Assembly: GCA_000004695.1 (NCBI GenBank)
Contig: CM000151.3
Location: forward strand, 5,632,001 to 5,696,000
From: Dictyostelium discoideum
Taxonomy: Eukaryota
Direction: 5' to 3'
DNA: 64,000 nucleotides
Both the position numbers and the translations under genes were made by a program. How positions within the stretch are numbered: the first letter of the stretch is position 1; each line of letters opens with the position of its first letter. The notes beneath the pieces were generated by a model. It was not told the origin of the DNA, searched no databases, and saw only the letters and a list, made by a program, of their open reading frames with translations. This document shows, piece after piece, positions 1 through 16,870 of this stretch.

Positions 1-3000
1 TTGAAAGTAATGAAAGTTTATTTTGTGCCAATTTTTCATTTTCAATTTGGAATAGTTTCTTTAATAATGGTGATTCAATTTCAATTGGTTTTGAAATTGA
101 ATCAATTGATTTTCTATCGATTGAATAATTACTTGGAGAGAATGATAACCAATCATTGAAATTTTCAATTGCTAATGATTTCTTTTGAATTTGTTTTTTG
201 TTAAGTTTTTGATTCTTTTTTAATTTATCTTCTAAAATTGTAGCAGCACCAGAATGTAATACCAATGGTGGAATATCTAATTCATTTTCAATTTGAGTGA
301 AAATATCATGTAATGGTTGAGCTAATACATTCTTATATTTAATGGTTACTTTTGCTAAATTTCTATGAGATACTTCAATATGTTGTTTTAAACGTTCATA
401 TTGAGTTAACAATCTATTATCATCCCATCTTGAGAGTCTAATGAATTCTAAAGCTTTATCTTCGATTGGTTTAATTGATTTTGCTAAACGATCTTCAAAT
501 CTTGAAATGAAATTCTCGAAATATTTGAAAATATTATAAATAATATCTGAAAGTTTTTGTTTATAATTTGTATTTTTAGAGGTACCAATTAATTTAATTG
601 TTGAATTTAATTGTTTGTAGAAAGATTTCAATAATTCAATACGAGTGAGGAAATCACCTAAACTTGAAGAATAGAGATATTGTTGAAGTGTATGGAAATT
701 CTTTGATAGATTTTCATCCTCCAATTCTGGTGATGATGGTTCATCATTAATTAAATCATAAAGAATGAACCAAGATTTCAATGCTTTTACCTCTGCTTCT
801 TTCTCTTGTGATTGGAAAATTGATGGCCATGATTCAATTTCTAATTTTCTCCAACGTACAATTAATGAAGAAATTTCATTCAAATGATTTTGAATTGATA
901 CTGCTTTACTTGCAAATGATTCCCATTCTAAAGATTTACGTAAGAGTAATTCTAAACCAGTTAAAATCTTTGCTAATGGATCAGTTGCTGGATAGGTCAT
1001 TAAACGATCAATTAATTTAACCATAAGGGTAAGATTTGCTTGTTCAGGATATTCAACCAATAATTCGAATACTCTCTTTCTAAATGAAATTAATGGTTCA
1101 CGAATAATTCCAATTTCAGAGATATTTGAATCACGATAAATGTTGTAGGTCTTCTTTTGGTGAATTACATCCACGACTTGATTATCACCATCATCATCAT
1201 TGATACCTTTAGATTTCTTGTAGAGATAAGAACTTGTTTTTAAGAATCTAAACTTTTCATCCAATTTACTATAGGTAATTAATGATGGTGGACGAATTGA
1301 GAGTGTTTCTTTAAGATTTGATGCAGATAAAATATGTGAACCCAATGATAATTGATCGAATTCCATATCACCTGATCTTTGATTTAAAATTTTCATTAAA
1401 AGGTAACTACTTGAATAAAACAATTGGAATAATTCAGATCTGTCTCTATCACTAAGTGTCCATTGTTGTTGTTCTTTTGGAATTGGAATACCATCTAAAT
1501 GTTTAAAGATATCCCTATGAATTGAGCATAATTGTAAAATCTCTTCATTATTAATTGATGATTTGAAAAACATTGAACCATCTTCTGATGTTAAAACATT
1601 TGATTCATTATTCTCTTTATCTTTGTTTTCTTCATCATTATCATCATCAATTTGATTCTCAACAACATTTGCAACTTCTAAATCTTCAAAATCTTTATAG
1701 AAATTTGGGAATGAAGTTAAGAAAACTTTTTCATCCTTTTCTTCCTTAGTTTCCATCTTATGAGTTTGAACTTTATATTTAAATTCTTGGTTCTCTAATT
1801 CTTCTTTCTTTCTTTTCTCTTCTTCTTGGAATCTCCATTCTTGAACAAAGATTCTAAATATTGAATCGATAGCTTCTAAATTATCAACATCTAAATAATT
1901 TGAATTTGAAAGTTGACTATAAATTTGACAAAGTGATGAACGTAATAATAATCCAATTACTTTAAAGTTTTGTAAACCACCATTACAATTATCTTGATTA
2001 GTTCTTTGATTAAATTTCATCATATCTTTAATTGAATCTAATGTTAATTTATCTAATAATATATTATTTGATGTGGTGTTGGTGGTGGTAGTAGCGGTAG
2101 TAGTAGTAGAAGTTGTAGTTATTTTAGAATTTATATCAACACTATTAATTCTTGGGAATTGAGTTAATGATAATAAAACTTTTTGAATTTGTTTTGTTAT
2201 ACCCTGATTACCACCTAATTTATTATCTTGAACTTTTTGTTTAAATGAAACTGACATCATTCTTAAACCAGATTTCATTTGATAAACAGCAGTAATAATT
2301 GGTACAATAATATCACGATATCTTGAATAGAATTTCTTTTCACAAGATTGAATGAAATGATTTGCTTTCTCTTGCCACATTTGTTCAGTTGATAATATCA
2401 TTTGATTGTATGATGAATTTGCAGAAGTGTTATTTTCTTGTTGTTGTTGATTATCACCTCCTTCTGATTCAACTTCTAAATTAAATTCATTTTTAACTTG
2501 AGATAAATCTAATTTTGAAATTAAGTCAATGATTTTTTCAATATTTGAAAAATGATTTGAAAATTGTGAAACATCACGATATAACTCTTCAAATTGTGAT
2601 GGAATTGGACGAAGTGTAATCTTTTTAGAATCTAATGCTAATTTCTGATCGATTGATTGTTTCTTTTGTACCAATTCATCAATTACTAAACTTGTACCAT
2701 CTTTACCAGTATATTGTTTTTCAATAATTGTTCTAATTTCAATTTCATCTTGTAATTGTTTTGAATGTTCTTTAGAGTATTGTAAAATAACATCATACTT
2801 TTGAGTTGGATCGATTGAACCTGATGGAACAAACATAATTAATCTAAATGTATTCAATAATAATTGAAGTCTACCAAATGTTGATTGTAATTTTAATTCA
2901 TCTTTATATAATACTTTATCATCTAAACATAATAAAATATCAAGACATGGTAATAAAAGTTGTTTTGATTTTTCATTAAATGATTTATCATTTGATTGAA

Positions 3001-6000
3001 TTATTAATTCTTTAATATTTTCAATTAATTCATCAAAACCTATATCTAATATTTCCAAGGATGACGATGATGATAATAAATGTTCACCAATTAAAGCAAC
3101 ATTTGACAAAAGTTGATGTTTTTTATGTTCATCATTATTAAATGATTTATAGAAACTTGTAATTGTTGATAATAATAAAGCTATTGTTTGTTTAATTTGA
3201 TATTCAAAAGATTCAATATTTGAAACATTTGAAGAACCATCAGCACTTGTTAAATGTTGAATGATTTGATTCAATTGTTCAATCTTGACTGGTACATCAG
3301 CAATACTAACATATTCCCAATCACATGTAAGATAGAAAGAGAATACAGTTTGAATATTTTGGAATAAACGTGGTGGACCATATCCAAATCTAATTGAATC
3401 ATAAATATTAACTTTACTACTACCATTATCGAGTGAAGCTGCGGCATCATTCTTTGATAATCTATATTTGTATTGTGGTAATGAATATTTACCAACATGT
3501 GAAATATCATTGAATGCATTATTCCATTGACTTGAATTATAAACATAAAGAATTGAATGAATAACTGATTGGAGTTCAATTATACCAATAGAAGCTTGTT
3601 CTTGCTCTTGTCCTTGTTCATCTTTTTCTTGGTTAGTTGTAACTTTTTCTAAATAATTATCAATCATCCAAATTAATTTTTGATAAAATGCTAAATGATA
3701 TAATGATCTTGGTATAGTTGATGATTTATATTTGTTTACGATATATTTTAATTCATCAATTATTGATTCAAATATGGTAATGATTGATTGATTCATTTTA
3801 CCATTTTCAATATCCATATGTTGTAACATTAATAATTTAACCAATTCAGAGATTACAAAAGTTTCTTTCAAATGAAGTGAATGATCAATTAATGGAGAGA
3901 TTGAAATGACTTGATGTTTAATTGATAATGGATCGAAATGAATTGATGTTGCATCACTAATCATAGAGTCATTTGAAATATCACTATTATCAAAATTTGT
4001 TGAAACTGGATTAAATGTTGAATTTAATTCAAATTGTTTTTGTTTTTCAATTAATTGTTTTAATTTATCGGATAAAGTTTGTGGTACCAATTCTAAGTTT
4101 GTAAGGAATTCACTAACACGATCCAACTCTTGTTGTTGTTGTTCTTGATTTTGATTATCAGAATTTAATTGATAATTTGCCCAATATAAAGTTGAAATTG
4201 CTTCAATTAAAGTTTTCTTCCAATCTTCATCGATTGCATAACTAGAATGTTTAATTGGTGATTCATTCTTGTTGAAATTGTATTGAACCTTTTCAAGAAT
4301 ACTAAGGAATTGACTATCCAATTGAACCAAATGATTTGATTTCATTACCATTGGATAACCACCAACTTTCCATAAACGATTATTTGAATTATCATTATTA
4401 TATTGATTTAATCCACTTGAGATCTTATCAATTAAAACTTGTAAACCAGTATTAATTAATAATGGTGATTCTGATTTTGATGTTAATGTTGTTAACTTAT
4501 TAATCTCTTTATAAATCCATCTCCAACGAATTATAAATTCACCCAAATTAAATTGATTTGATGGTAAATTAAATGTTGAATTCCAGAAATTATTTTTTAA
4601 TAAAATTAATTGATTAATAATTTGAATAGTTGAAAAAGTTGATTGTTGTTGCTCTGATGATGATAATTGAATTAACCATTGATCAATTTGTTCATCTAAT
4701 GATTTGAAAAGACGATAAATCATTGAAATAATATCTTGATGTGGTAATAAATCTTTACTCATCATTTTCTTTGTATAAGCTAATGATAATAAAATTACAG
4801 GTATTGATTTAATTGATTTAACTGAAAGTTGTTGACTTGCATTACCTTGTTGAACTTGTTTTAAGAATTTATTATATTCTTTCTCTTGTTTTGAACTTTG
4901 AATGAATAATGATAATAAAGATTTAATAATTTCCATATCATTTAATAAAACTTGATTAAATAAATCTTTAATTGGAATCATTGATTCAGAGCCGCCTGCT
5001 TCTTTAGTAATATAATTATCAACTTTTTCTTTAATTAATAAAAATAATGAATCATTATTTTTCCATTGATGACCTTGATAAATTAATAATTGTTTTGAAT
5101 CAATGAATGATAAATTAATCATTGATAGTAATTGTTCTAATCTTTTTTCAAAATCTTTATAACATGTATGATTGAATAATTGTTTCATACATGATATTAA
5201 TGTTGTTAATAATTGATTAATTGGTGAATCTTTTTCATTTTGATCCTTTAATGAATTTAAATATAAAACATAATTTTCATATTGTGATGAATTAATATTT
5301 TCAATTAGGAATTTTGCTGAAATCTTATAATTTGATTCATCTTGTTGTTGTTGTTGTGATGATGATGATGAAGATGATGATAAAGAATTCATTAATCTCT
5401 TTAAATAATATTCAAAGAATTGATAATTCATTTTCATTGTTGTTGAAATTGAATCAGTAACATAATCTTTACCTTTGATAAAGTGTGGATATATACCTAA
5501 AACTGTTTGATCTTCACATAGGATTGATTTGATTGCAGATTCATTGAAAATTGAATTAAAGATATTTGTAACCAATTGACGTTGAGTTAAATGTCTACGT
5601 GGACGAATGTAAATTTGTTCCATTGAATTACGAATTGAATTTAATAGTGAAAAACCTCTTTGTAATTGATCAAGTATTAATTTACCCCAATATAATAATT
5701 GTGAGAGTGTACATGGATTTTCAATTGTTGATGAAAGTTGAGTGAAAATTTGATTATGGAAATCAATCATTGTACGAGTTAAACTTTCCAATGGAATACC
5801 TAATGCAGTTAACAATTGTTGATTATCAAAATTATTTGATGGAGTTTCCATCAATGATAATTGGTCGGCTGCCATATAAATTTCAATACCACGATTTCTC
5901 ATAGCACGTGAAATCTCACCTTTTTTATCATCCATAGTTAAAAAGATACGGAAATTTGGATGTGGTTTAACAACTTTAACTTGACCATCAACCATACCAC

Positions 6001-9000
6001 GTTCGTTTAACATTAAAACACCGTCTTGTTCCAATAATGGATTCAAACGATCCAATACTGTTGGATTACAGAAATTAACATTATCAATTAATATCCATGC
6101 ACCAGTTTCCAATGCTTTAATTAATAAACCATCAATCCATTCAAAACAACCTGTAACACTTTCTTTTTCAATTGATTTAATACGTTGAATTTGTTGTCTA
6201 ACATCTTGAATTCTATTTAAATGCTCTTGATTATTATCTAAATTAAATTGAATTGATAATTTCTCCAATGCATCAACAATTGTTGATAAAAGATCCAATT
6301 GTTCAATTGTAATTAAACCAACACCACCACTACCAATGGTTGCACCATCTTGTTGAATTTGTTGTTGAGTTTGTTGAGTTTGTTTTTTAAATAAATTCCA
6401 AACTTGATGAATATCTTGAATTGATGAAATACAAGTTTTCATTAAATTATCATCATTTGAGTTAAAGTAAGTCATAATATGAGATGATACAATTGTGATT
6501 AATGATGATACTGATGATATGATACGTTTTTGATAACGTACTAAATCAATTTGTTCAAAACCACCTAAAATCTCTGTTGTATCAACTGATGAATTCATAG
6601 AGAATTCATAGAGTGTATTACCAGTTAATTGAGCTAATAAACGAATGGATGAAGTTTTTGAAGTTGATGTTGGACCAATTAAAATACTCATCCAATTCAT
6701 TTCAATACATTTCATAATATTCTCTAATGGATTTAATAAACGTTGAAGTAATTGAATATTTGATGAATTATCTAGTACACTACTATCAAATGATGATGCA
6801 CCACCATTTTGGACTCTTGGTAAAATTGATGAACCAATTTGTAAATATTCTGGTGAAATTGAGTAATGTGGTTGTTTATCGTAATTACAAATTGTTGGCA
6901 TCATATCAATAGATTGATCATTTTCATCACCACTGGTGGTGAAAACTCTTTTAAAAATTGTTAAAACATGTTCACGATCTTGAAGTGTTCTCATTCTTTG
7001 AAGATAGATTAAGTCAATGAATCTGGCAGGATTTGAAATTGATGTTGGATCTTTAACTATTAAATCACACCATCTAAAAGTATCACGAAGATTGAATTCC
7101 CATGGTGCACCTTTACGTGCAAATTTATGTTCAATCATTGATTCTTTAAACATTTGATGATTAAATTCAATCATACGTTCAATGGTTTTTGATGGTATAG
7201 TTGGATACATTGCTGTACTGATGAATAGAAGATCTTGTTGATTCAATTGGTCAATGAATACTTGAGTGAAACGATTAAGGAATGACTTTGGTAACCCTTT
7301 ACGACCACCACCTTGATGAAGTGGATTTTGGCAAGCGAAAACACGGAAATTTGGATGACATGCAAATGTTTTACCCAATTCTGGAATGTAAACTTCTGAA
7401 CGATGATCTAAACAAGAATTTAAACCCTCCAAAACGGTTTGTGATGCAAGATTTAATTCATCCAATAATACCCAACTACCATTACGTAATGCCTCTAAGA
7501 AAACACCATCTCTCCATTCAAATTGACCACCTGTACCACCTTCAACTGGTAAATCACTACCTAAAAGATCCATAATATCAGTTTGCTCTGAAAGATTAAT
7601 ACGAACGATTTGATTTCCCGATGCATTTGCAATAGCTGTAATCAATGAAGTTTTACCAACACCTGGTGAACCTTCCACTAAAATAGCACGTGGTAATTGC
7701 ATACCTCTAAGAACACGTTGTGCATTCTTACTAGTTGTTGGTGCTGATAAACTAAATTGAATCTTTGGTACATTTGATTCACGTACTGGAATATAAAATG
7801 GATGAATACCAAATCTATTCTCTTCTTTAATAATATTAGCAATTGATGATGACAATGATGATGATGATGATGATGTTGATAATAATTCTGTTTGTAATTT
7901 TAATTTCTCATCTTGTGATTCAATTTGATCAATTAAACGAATTAAACATGCCTCACGTAATTTTAAACCTTCACTTTCAGATGAAGAATTTGAACCCATA
8001 CCAAAACCATCTAATAATACTAAACAAGCACCATGAATATAAGATTCATTTGGTGAGAGTAATTGTTTATCCATACATAAATTCATAAAACTAATCCAAG
8101 ATAGAATATCACGTAAACTAATTACACGTTTATTCTTTTGAATCATTAATAGATATTCGATAAAGTTTAACATTAAACTACCTTTACCCTTTAATTGAGG
8201 ACTTGTGAATCTTTCTTCAATAATTTGTAATAAATCTTGATGACTACTAATTGCAGGTACCCAAATCTCAGTGAAACGATTTCTCATAGCTGGTGAAAGT
8301 TCTTTCTTACCAAAATCACCACCTGGATTCATTGTTGCTAAAATTCTAAACTCTTTATGACCTCTTAATTCTTCGATTTCGACACCACCTTTTTCAGCCA
8401 ATACTAATAATCTACTTGGTTCTAAAACTGAATTTAATCTTTCTAAAACTGCATCCTCTGCTAATGAAATTTCATCAATTAAGAAATAATCACCTTGCTT
8501 CATTGCTTCAACCAATGGGCCATCAACCCAATTAAATAATGAACAATAGGAACTATAAGTTTTATCGATTTCAATAGCTAATTGTTTCAATTGTTCAGTT
8601 AATAATGATGAATTTGAAACTTGTTTCCATGACTCAACAATTAATCTCTCCATAATCTCTTTAATTGGTAATTCATCGATGTTGTTATTCTCTTGTTCAA
8701 GTTTATATAGATTTAATTGAGATAATTGATTAAAATATTGTTTAACTAATGAATATAATTTTGATAAAACTTGATCACGACCTCTAACTGGACGCAAACC
8801 ACCAATGAAATCAGCAGTTTCAGTATGTTGATGACAATTGAGTATATGAAGTTTTTGTTTATTTAAAATTGAATATAATTGACAAATTGTAGTTTTAGAA
8901 CAACCAGTTTCACCAACTAATAAAATTGGTTCTTTATGTTCCAAACATTTACCAACCAAACTAAACAAACGTTTCATTGATCTTGTCCAAACGATTTTCT

Positions 9001-10757
9001 CTAAATGATTTGATTTTGATAATTCTGAATCATTCTCACTTAATAATTGTAAAAGTTTTAAAAACTCTGGTTTATCATCACATGAATAGATAGATTCGAT
9101 ATCTAATTTAATCTTTAAATGTTTTTCAATCACTTGTTTAATTATTAATTTCTCTTCATCTTTTCTTAAACGTTCAGCCAAGAGTTGGTAACCTGCAATA
9201 CCCAATTCTTCATAGGATGAAGGTTGACGTTCTGCCCAACGGAACAAATCACGGAATGTGATTGCACCATGTTTACCTGCGAAAACTTGGTTACTACCTT
9301 GTCTATTCAATTGAAGTTCTTTCATAATTAATACTAATTTCTTGCAATAGGATGGTGGTAATGCGCAACGTTTACAAAGAATCTCTTCAAGTTCATCCTC
9401 TGGAATATCGTCTACGTGTAATTCTAAGAAACGATTTCTAAAAGCACGTGATAACACTTTTCTACCACCATAAAGACCTGGTGGATTTTGAGTTGCGAAT
9501 AACATAAAGTGTGGATGTGGTCTAACGACTTCTTGAGTCTCTGGAATGAAAAGCTCTCTATTGTCATCCAATAGACGATTTAATGCCTCCAATACTTCAG
9601 ATGGTGCTAAATTCAACTCGTCCAATACTACCCAATAACCTTTACGTACTGCTTCCACTAAAATACCCTCTTGGAATACAAGTTTACCCTTATCATCACT
9701 TATATATTGACCAAGATATTCTTGAAGATCGGTATGTTCATGATTATTGATACGAATGAATCTATGACCAGTTCTAATTGCTAAATATTCAACCATTGAA
9801 GTTTTACCACTACTAGTTGGACCTTGTAAAAGTATTGGATGTTTACGTGATACCAATACTCTTGCAATATTTGAAAGATTAGATTTAATACTTGGTGTTA
9901 AAATATAATGAGTTGGTATAATTGGTTTCTCATTACCACATTCAATCCAAAACTGTTCAATTTTTACATAACTCTCTTCTGCGTTATTATTATTATTATT
10001 TGTTGTTGATGTTGGTGGTGGTCTATTTAATGGTTGATTATAAAGTTTAACTTCACCTTTTTTTATATATTGTTTAATTAATTGTTCCATCATTGGATAA
10101 GATGATTTATTTAATTGAGTAAGGAAACTCATACTTATACCTTCGAAAAGTGCACGTTGGAAACCAAATGATTTTGTAACATGTTTTGTATAATTCAATG
10201 CACGACTAAGTGTACGTAATGAAAAGATTGGTTTTTGATTTGACCCATCCAACATCTTATTTTGAGCGTCTTGTTTAGTTTTTAAATAAAATTCAACGAT
10301 ATCTTCAATTGGTGGATTTGGTACTAAATTTGATAAAACTGTTTTCACTACTAAACATAAATCACCCCTATTATCCAAATCATCGACATAGTACTCTGTG
10401 AATCTATTACGAATACCAGGTGGAAGATCCTTTTTACCAATATCAGTTGGAGGATTCATACATGCGAAAACCTTAAAATTTGGATGTCTTTCAACTGGTT
10501 CAACTTCACCTTTCTCTGTTAAAGTAATTGAACCACCATCGAATAAACCACTTAAACTCTCTAAAGTTTCTGAAGTTGCTAAATTCATTTCATCTAATAA
10601 TACCCAATAACCTTTACGAATACAATTTACTAATGAACCTTCAACAAAACTAAATGCAAAATTATTTTTTGATTTTTCAAATTGAATTGTTAATTTCTTT
10701 ATATCATTTGATAATTTTATCCATTTTTCTTTAACTTCACTTCTAATTGTACGTTTC

Positions 10758-10813
<56 letters not shown>

Positions 10814-13103
10814 TTCTTTTGTATTATTTGTTGTTGTTTGATCATCTTTTAAAACTTTATTTTCAACTAATTTAATTGCTTTATTTAATAAAGCAATGAA
10901 TTGTTTCCAATTTTTAGAGATGAAAGCTTTATCAATTTTCTCTAAGAAATCAGTATTATTTGATTCAGAGAAAGTCTTTTTAAACATTGAATCGAATCTA
11001 TTCTTTAGAGGTAAACAAAGTAAACGCATTTCTACTGGTTTAAAACCACCAATTAAATCTGAACTATCTGATTGTTGATTAAGATTCAATACTACCAACT
11101 TTTGATTTAATTGGTCGGCAATGTATTGAACTACCGATGTTTTACCAGTACCAGTTTCACCAACTAATAAAATTGGTTCATTAAATTGAATTGAGATTGA
11201 GATCTTTTCCATTAATCTCAATGAATTCATTGTGTGTGCAAAAACATTACCATGTTTAGTTACACCGGAATCTTGTTGACTTTGTTCAGTTGTGAATCTT
11301 GTATGTTTTTTACCATTTGAAATTTGAATTGAATCAGATTTCTCTAATGATTTTAATTTTGCACGACCTGTTGAAACTGATTCTTGGGTGATTATAATAG
11401 ATGGTTTATAAAGTTCAACATAGTAATTGATACGATCACCAGTTAATTCCCAAACTCTACCAATAACTTGAGTCAATTGTTTTCTTAAATTCTTTTTACT
11501 AATCATTGAACAAAAACAATCTAAAGCTTCAACAAAAACAATCTCTTGCATTGTTGATGTTATAATTTGTTGTGAAACATTTGTTAAATGTAATCTTTGA
11601 TTACAACGTCTAATCCACTTTATTAAATCTCTTGATGATATAAATCTACTTGATGGTATTATAAATTTCTCATTACTATTATTATTATTATTATTATCTG
11701 TATTATTATTGTTGTTTATATTATTTACATTTGCAGTATTTGCAATATTTGCAATACCAGCAACTTCATCAGTTGGTGATATTGAGATTGATTGATTTGA
11801 AATTACACGTAATAATAAATTAAAAGTTTCAATGAATTTTGAAATCATAACTGTTAATTGTGGGAATAGAGTTAATAAAACTTGTTTCATTTCAGTTGGT
11901 GATAAAGCTTCAATTACAACTCTAGTCCAAAGATGTGAGAGAATATTTGCATTTTGATCACGACTATGCGATCCAAACAAAGTTTGTGTTGCAAATAATT
12001 GGAAACCATTGGATGCTTCAATCACTTCGCCACGACCTGGTATGAATAAAGTTCTATTCTCTAATAATGGTATTAACACTGACAACACTTCAATTGGTGC
12101 TAAATCAATATCCTCAATTAAAATCCATCTACCTTCTTGAACGGCTTGTGTGAGTGCACCAGCTTGCCATTTAAATTCACCCGGTGTATCAGAGGTGATA
12201 TAAGTACCTAACAATACCTTTGAATCGGTTTGATCACCTAAATGAATTCTAATTATATTATCATTACCAGTGATTCTTGATAATTCTTCAATCATTGTTG
12301 TCTTACCAGAACCTGTAACACCCTCAATTAAAATTGGTTTACCTAAACCAACTGCAATTGCCAATGAATTTAAATTTTGTGATACAGTATTTGTATAAAC
12401 TAATTTTTGTACTTGTTCATCTTCCCCTTCTCCCTCTTGTTGTTGTTCTCCTCCTTTTTTTGATTTTACACTTGAACCATGTCCAATTTGTTCAAACTTT
12501 TTAAATAATAAAATACCACAAACATCAACAATTGATTTATGTAAATCTTGTTTTTGTATAAAAATATTTGGATATTTATTAATTAATTCTTCATCTTCTT
12601 TTTCTTCTTCTTGATTATTATTTATATTTTCTTTTTTATTGTTATTGTTATTATTATTATTTAAAAATAATTTTGATGATTCTAAATTTAATAATTCAGA
12701 CTCAATTTGAATAATTTGATTATGGTATTGTTTAAATAATGGTTTAATTTGAGTGATTTGATGATCAGGTACATTTAATACCATTGACATTGATTTAATG
12801 ACATACCATGTTATACGTTGACTTTTAATCTCTAATAATGAGAATAATGGTGTCCAATCCCATAATGATGAGAATAAACTTTTATTAAATGATAATAATC
12901 TAAAACAACTTTGAACTAATCCTAACCATCTCTCTTCTTTTTCTTCAGTAAAGTTTTTACATTGATTTATACTATCAAAAATATTTATACTATTATTACT
13001 ATTTTGGTGTTTTTTATAAAATTCAATTACAAGACTAAATAATAATAAATAAATAATAAATAATAATAAAAAAAAAAAAAAAAAAAAGAGGGTTAGAATA
13101 TAA

Positions 13104-13147
<44 letters not shown>

Positions 13148-13601
13148 TGAATTACCTTTGTAATTGTGGGGTTGTTGGTAAAAGTTGGGAAAAAATTAAT
13201 GTTATATTCTCAATTTCGGGAATATTGAAGGCATTTGTTTTTGTTTGTTGTTAAATTGATTTTTTCTTTTTTAAAAAAAATGATTGTAATGATGGTGATA
13301 ATGATGATGAAATTTTACTACCATTTTGAATATATCTTGAAACCAAATCAACTAATAATGGGCTAAATATATTTGAGATTAAGGAGGGATATTCTGGTTT
13401 ACTCATTAATAAATTTGAAATCTCTTCAACAATGAATAATTTATCTTGTGATGTAAATTCATTTTCTTTTTTTTTGAAAATTTGTTCAAAACTTTTGAAA
13501 TCTTGAATAATTGTTGATGATGAGGATTCATTTTTGATTTTTGTTAATTCTAATTCTAAGGCTTTAATAGCTTTAAATATGTTAAATTTAAATTTATACA
13601 T
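1..13601 (-). CDS. mdn1: Midasin (MDN1/Rea1) AAA+ ATPase, ribosome-biogenesis factor; 3'-partial, CDS runs off the window start. One uninterrupted minus-strand exon from about 13034 to 1. A 5' exon with the ATG at 13601 (ORF 13251..13601) is joined through one or two small introns between about 13035 and 13310; a strong CAAAG|GTAATT donor lies at 13155/13156 and a TTATTTAG acceptor at 13035/13036.
   Basis: Minus-strand translation gives repeated AAA+ P-loops typical of the six midasin AAA protomers, for example LGKPILIEGVTGSGKTTMIEELSRITGN (about 12330), ILLVGETGTGKTSVVQYIADQLNQKLVVLNLNQQSD (about 11150) and AILVEGSPGVGKTSLITAIANASGN (about 7650). The N-terminal exon (…SPLLVDLVSRYIQNG…, then …SLWDWTPLFSLLEIKSQRITWYV…) aligns with the human MDN1 N-terminus (PLLLDLLERN…, ELWDWSVCVPLL…). 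No in-frame stop occurs anywhere from 13034 to 1, which is why this ORF is absent from the stop-to-stop track. Confidence 0.9.
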
Positions 13602-13838
13602 TTTTTTTATTTGTTTTAATTTTACGCTTAAAATTTTTTACGGTTTTTTTTTTATTTTATTTTATTTTTTTTTTTTTTTTTTTTTTTAATTGTATTTATT
13701 TTCTATTCCAAAAAAAAAAAAAAAATAATAATTATAATAATAACAATAATAAAAATATTGAAATATTATAAAATAGTATTAACCTTATTAGTAAAATAAT
13801 AGGTATATCTTAATTATTATAAAGATAATAATAAAAAA

Positions 13839-13875
<37 letters not shown>

Positions 13876-14908
13876 AAAAAATGAAAACGAGTTTGAGGAT
13901 TTTAAAAAAACGAAAGGGGTTTTGAGGATTTCAAAAAACCGAAAAAAAAAAAAAATAAAAATAAATAAAAAATAAAAAATTTGAAAAAAAAAAATTAAAA
14001 ATAAAAAAAAAAAACGATTGCAAAAATAAAACAATAACATATAATATACACTAGCTGATAAAAAAAAAAAAAAAAAAAAAATTAGTAGAAAGTCCTTTAG
14101 TAGTTTTTTTGATTAATTTGACCGACCAAGATTCACACATTTTATTATTTTTTTTTTTTACTTTTTTTTTTTTTAAATTTTTTATTTTGGGATTCTTGGA
14201 AATTAATTTAATCATCCCAACAGAGAGTTAAAAATTCCAAAAAAAATATTTCAAACTTTTAACAAATAATAAAAAATAATTTTAATTAACAAATAATAAA
14301 AAAATAAAATAATATAAAATAAAATAAAATAAAATAATATAAAATTAAATTAAATTAAATTAAATTAAATTAAATTTTTATTTTTTTCAAACAAATTGAT
14401 TTAATTTAAAATTTTTTTCCTTTTTTTGTGATATTGGAATTTATATGAAAATTTTATTTGATTAGTTTATTCAATTGGACTTGAATTTAAAATTATTTTC
14501 CTTTTTAAAATCGATTTCATTTTATTTTAAATTTAATTATTTTTGTATTTTAGAAAAAAAAATTTTTTTTTAAGTTTTTAAATTTCCCATATTTGATTTA
14601 AACTTAAAAATAAAAAAATAATAATAAAAATTAATATAAAAAAAAAAAATTAGCTTTGCAAAAAAAAAAAAAAAAAATTAATATTTTTTTTTTTTTTTTA
14701 ATTTTTTTTTTTTTAATTTTTTTTTTTTTAATTTTTTTTTTTTTAATTTTTTTTTTCATTTTTATTTTTTTTTTTTTTAATTTTTTTTTTTTTCAATTTA
14801 TTTAACATACATACCCTATCACATACACATAATTACATATACACCTTTTTACATATATCATTTTTTTTTTTTTTCACAAAAAACTTAAACTTATATAAAT
14901 AATATACA

Positions 14909-16070
<1,162 letters not shown>

Positions 16071-16327
16071 TTGTCAGGTTTTTTTTTTATATTTAAAGGT
16101 TGTTTTGTGTTTGCATTGATATTTTTATGTATAATATTTCAACAATATTATTTTTCACATAACTATTCATATACAAATAACATTTCAACCAACCACTCAT
16201 ACATACACTCAGTACTTCAAAATTGTAAATATAATTCATTGATCAAAATAGAAGACAAAGTAATAAACTCACTTTTGTTAAAAATAATAAATAAAAGTAT
16301 GTCAATAACAAAATAATAGGTTGGTTT

Positions 16328-16369
<42 letters not shown>

Positions 16370-16870
16370 TTTTTTCTTTTTTTTTTTTTTTTAAAAAAAA
16401 TATCCACACAATTCAGTGAAATAAAACCATAAAGAGTTATGTAAAATATAAATAAATAAAAACAATTTAAAAAAAGTTTATTATGGATTTTTTTTTTTTT
16501 TTTTTTATTTGAACGTCGTCTAATATTGGGAAATGAAATCTAAATATATTTTTGTTCTAAAAATAAAAAAATAAAACAGCAGAATAATAAAAAAAAAAAA
16601 AATTTTTAATAAAACAAAAATAAAAATAAAAACAAATCAAAAAAAAAAAAAAAACAAAAAAAAAAAAAACAAAAAAAAAAACAAAAAAAATTTTTAAACC
16701 AAACCAGCCTTGTTTGACAAAATTGACACCCCAGCCTTTTTAATTATTTTTTATTTTTTATTTTTTATTTTTTTTTTTTTTTTTTTTTTTTGATCACCTT
16801 CTGTGAAAGTGGTGAAAAAAAAAAAAAAACACCACACCATGTGTTTTAATATTAAATAAAATAAAAATAA

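Noticed and set aside
3271-12000. Several 60–100-aa track ORFs inside 1..13000 (for example 3271..3579-, 6727..6912+, 7282..7575+, 7843..8088+, 10398..10610+)
   Set aside because: All are out-of-frame or antisense to the continuous midasin coding frame; compositions are Ile/Phe/Asn-rich junk.
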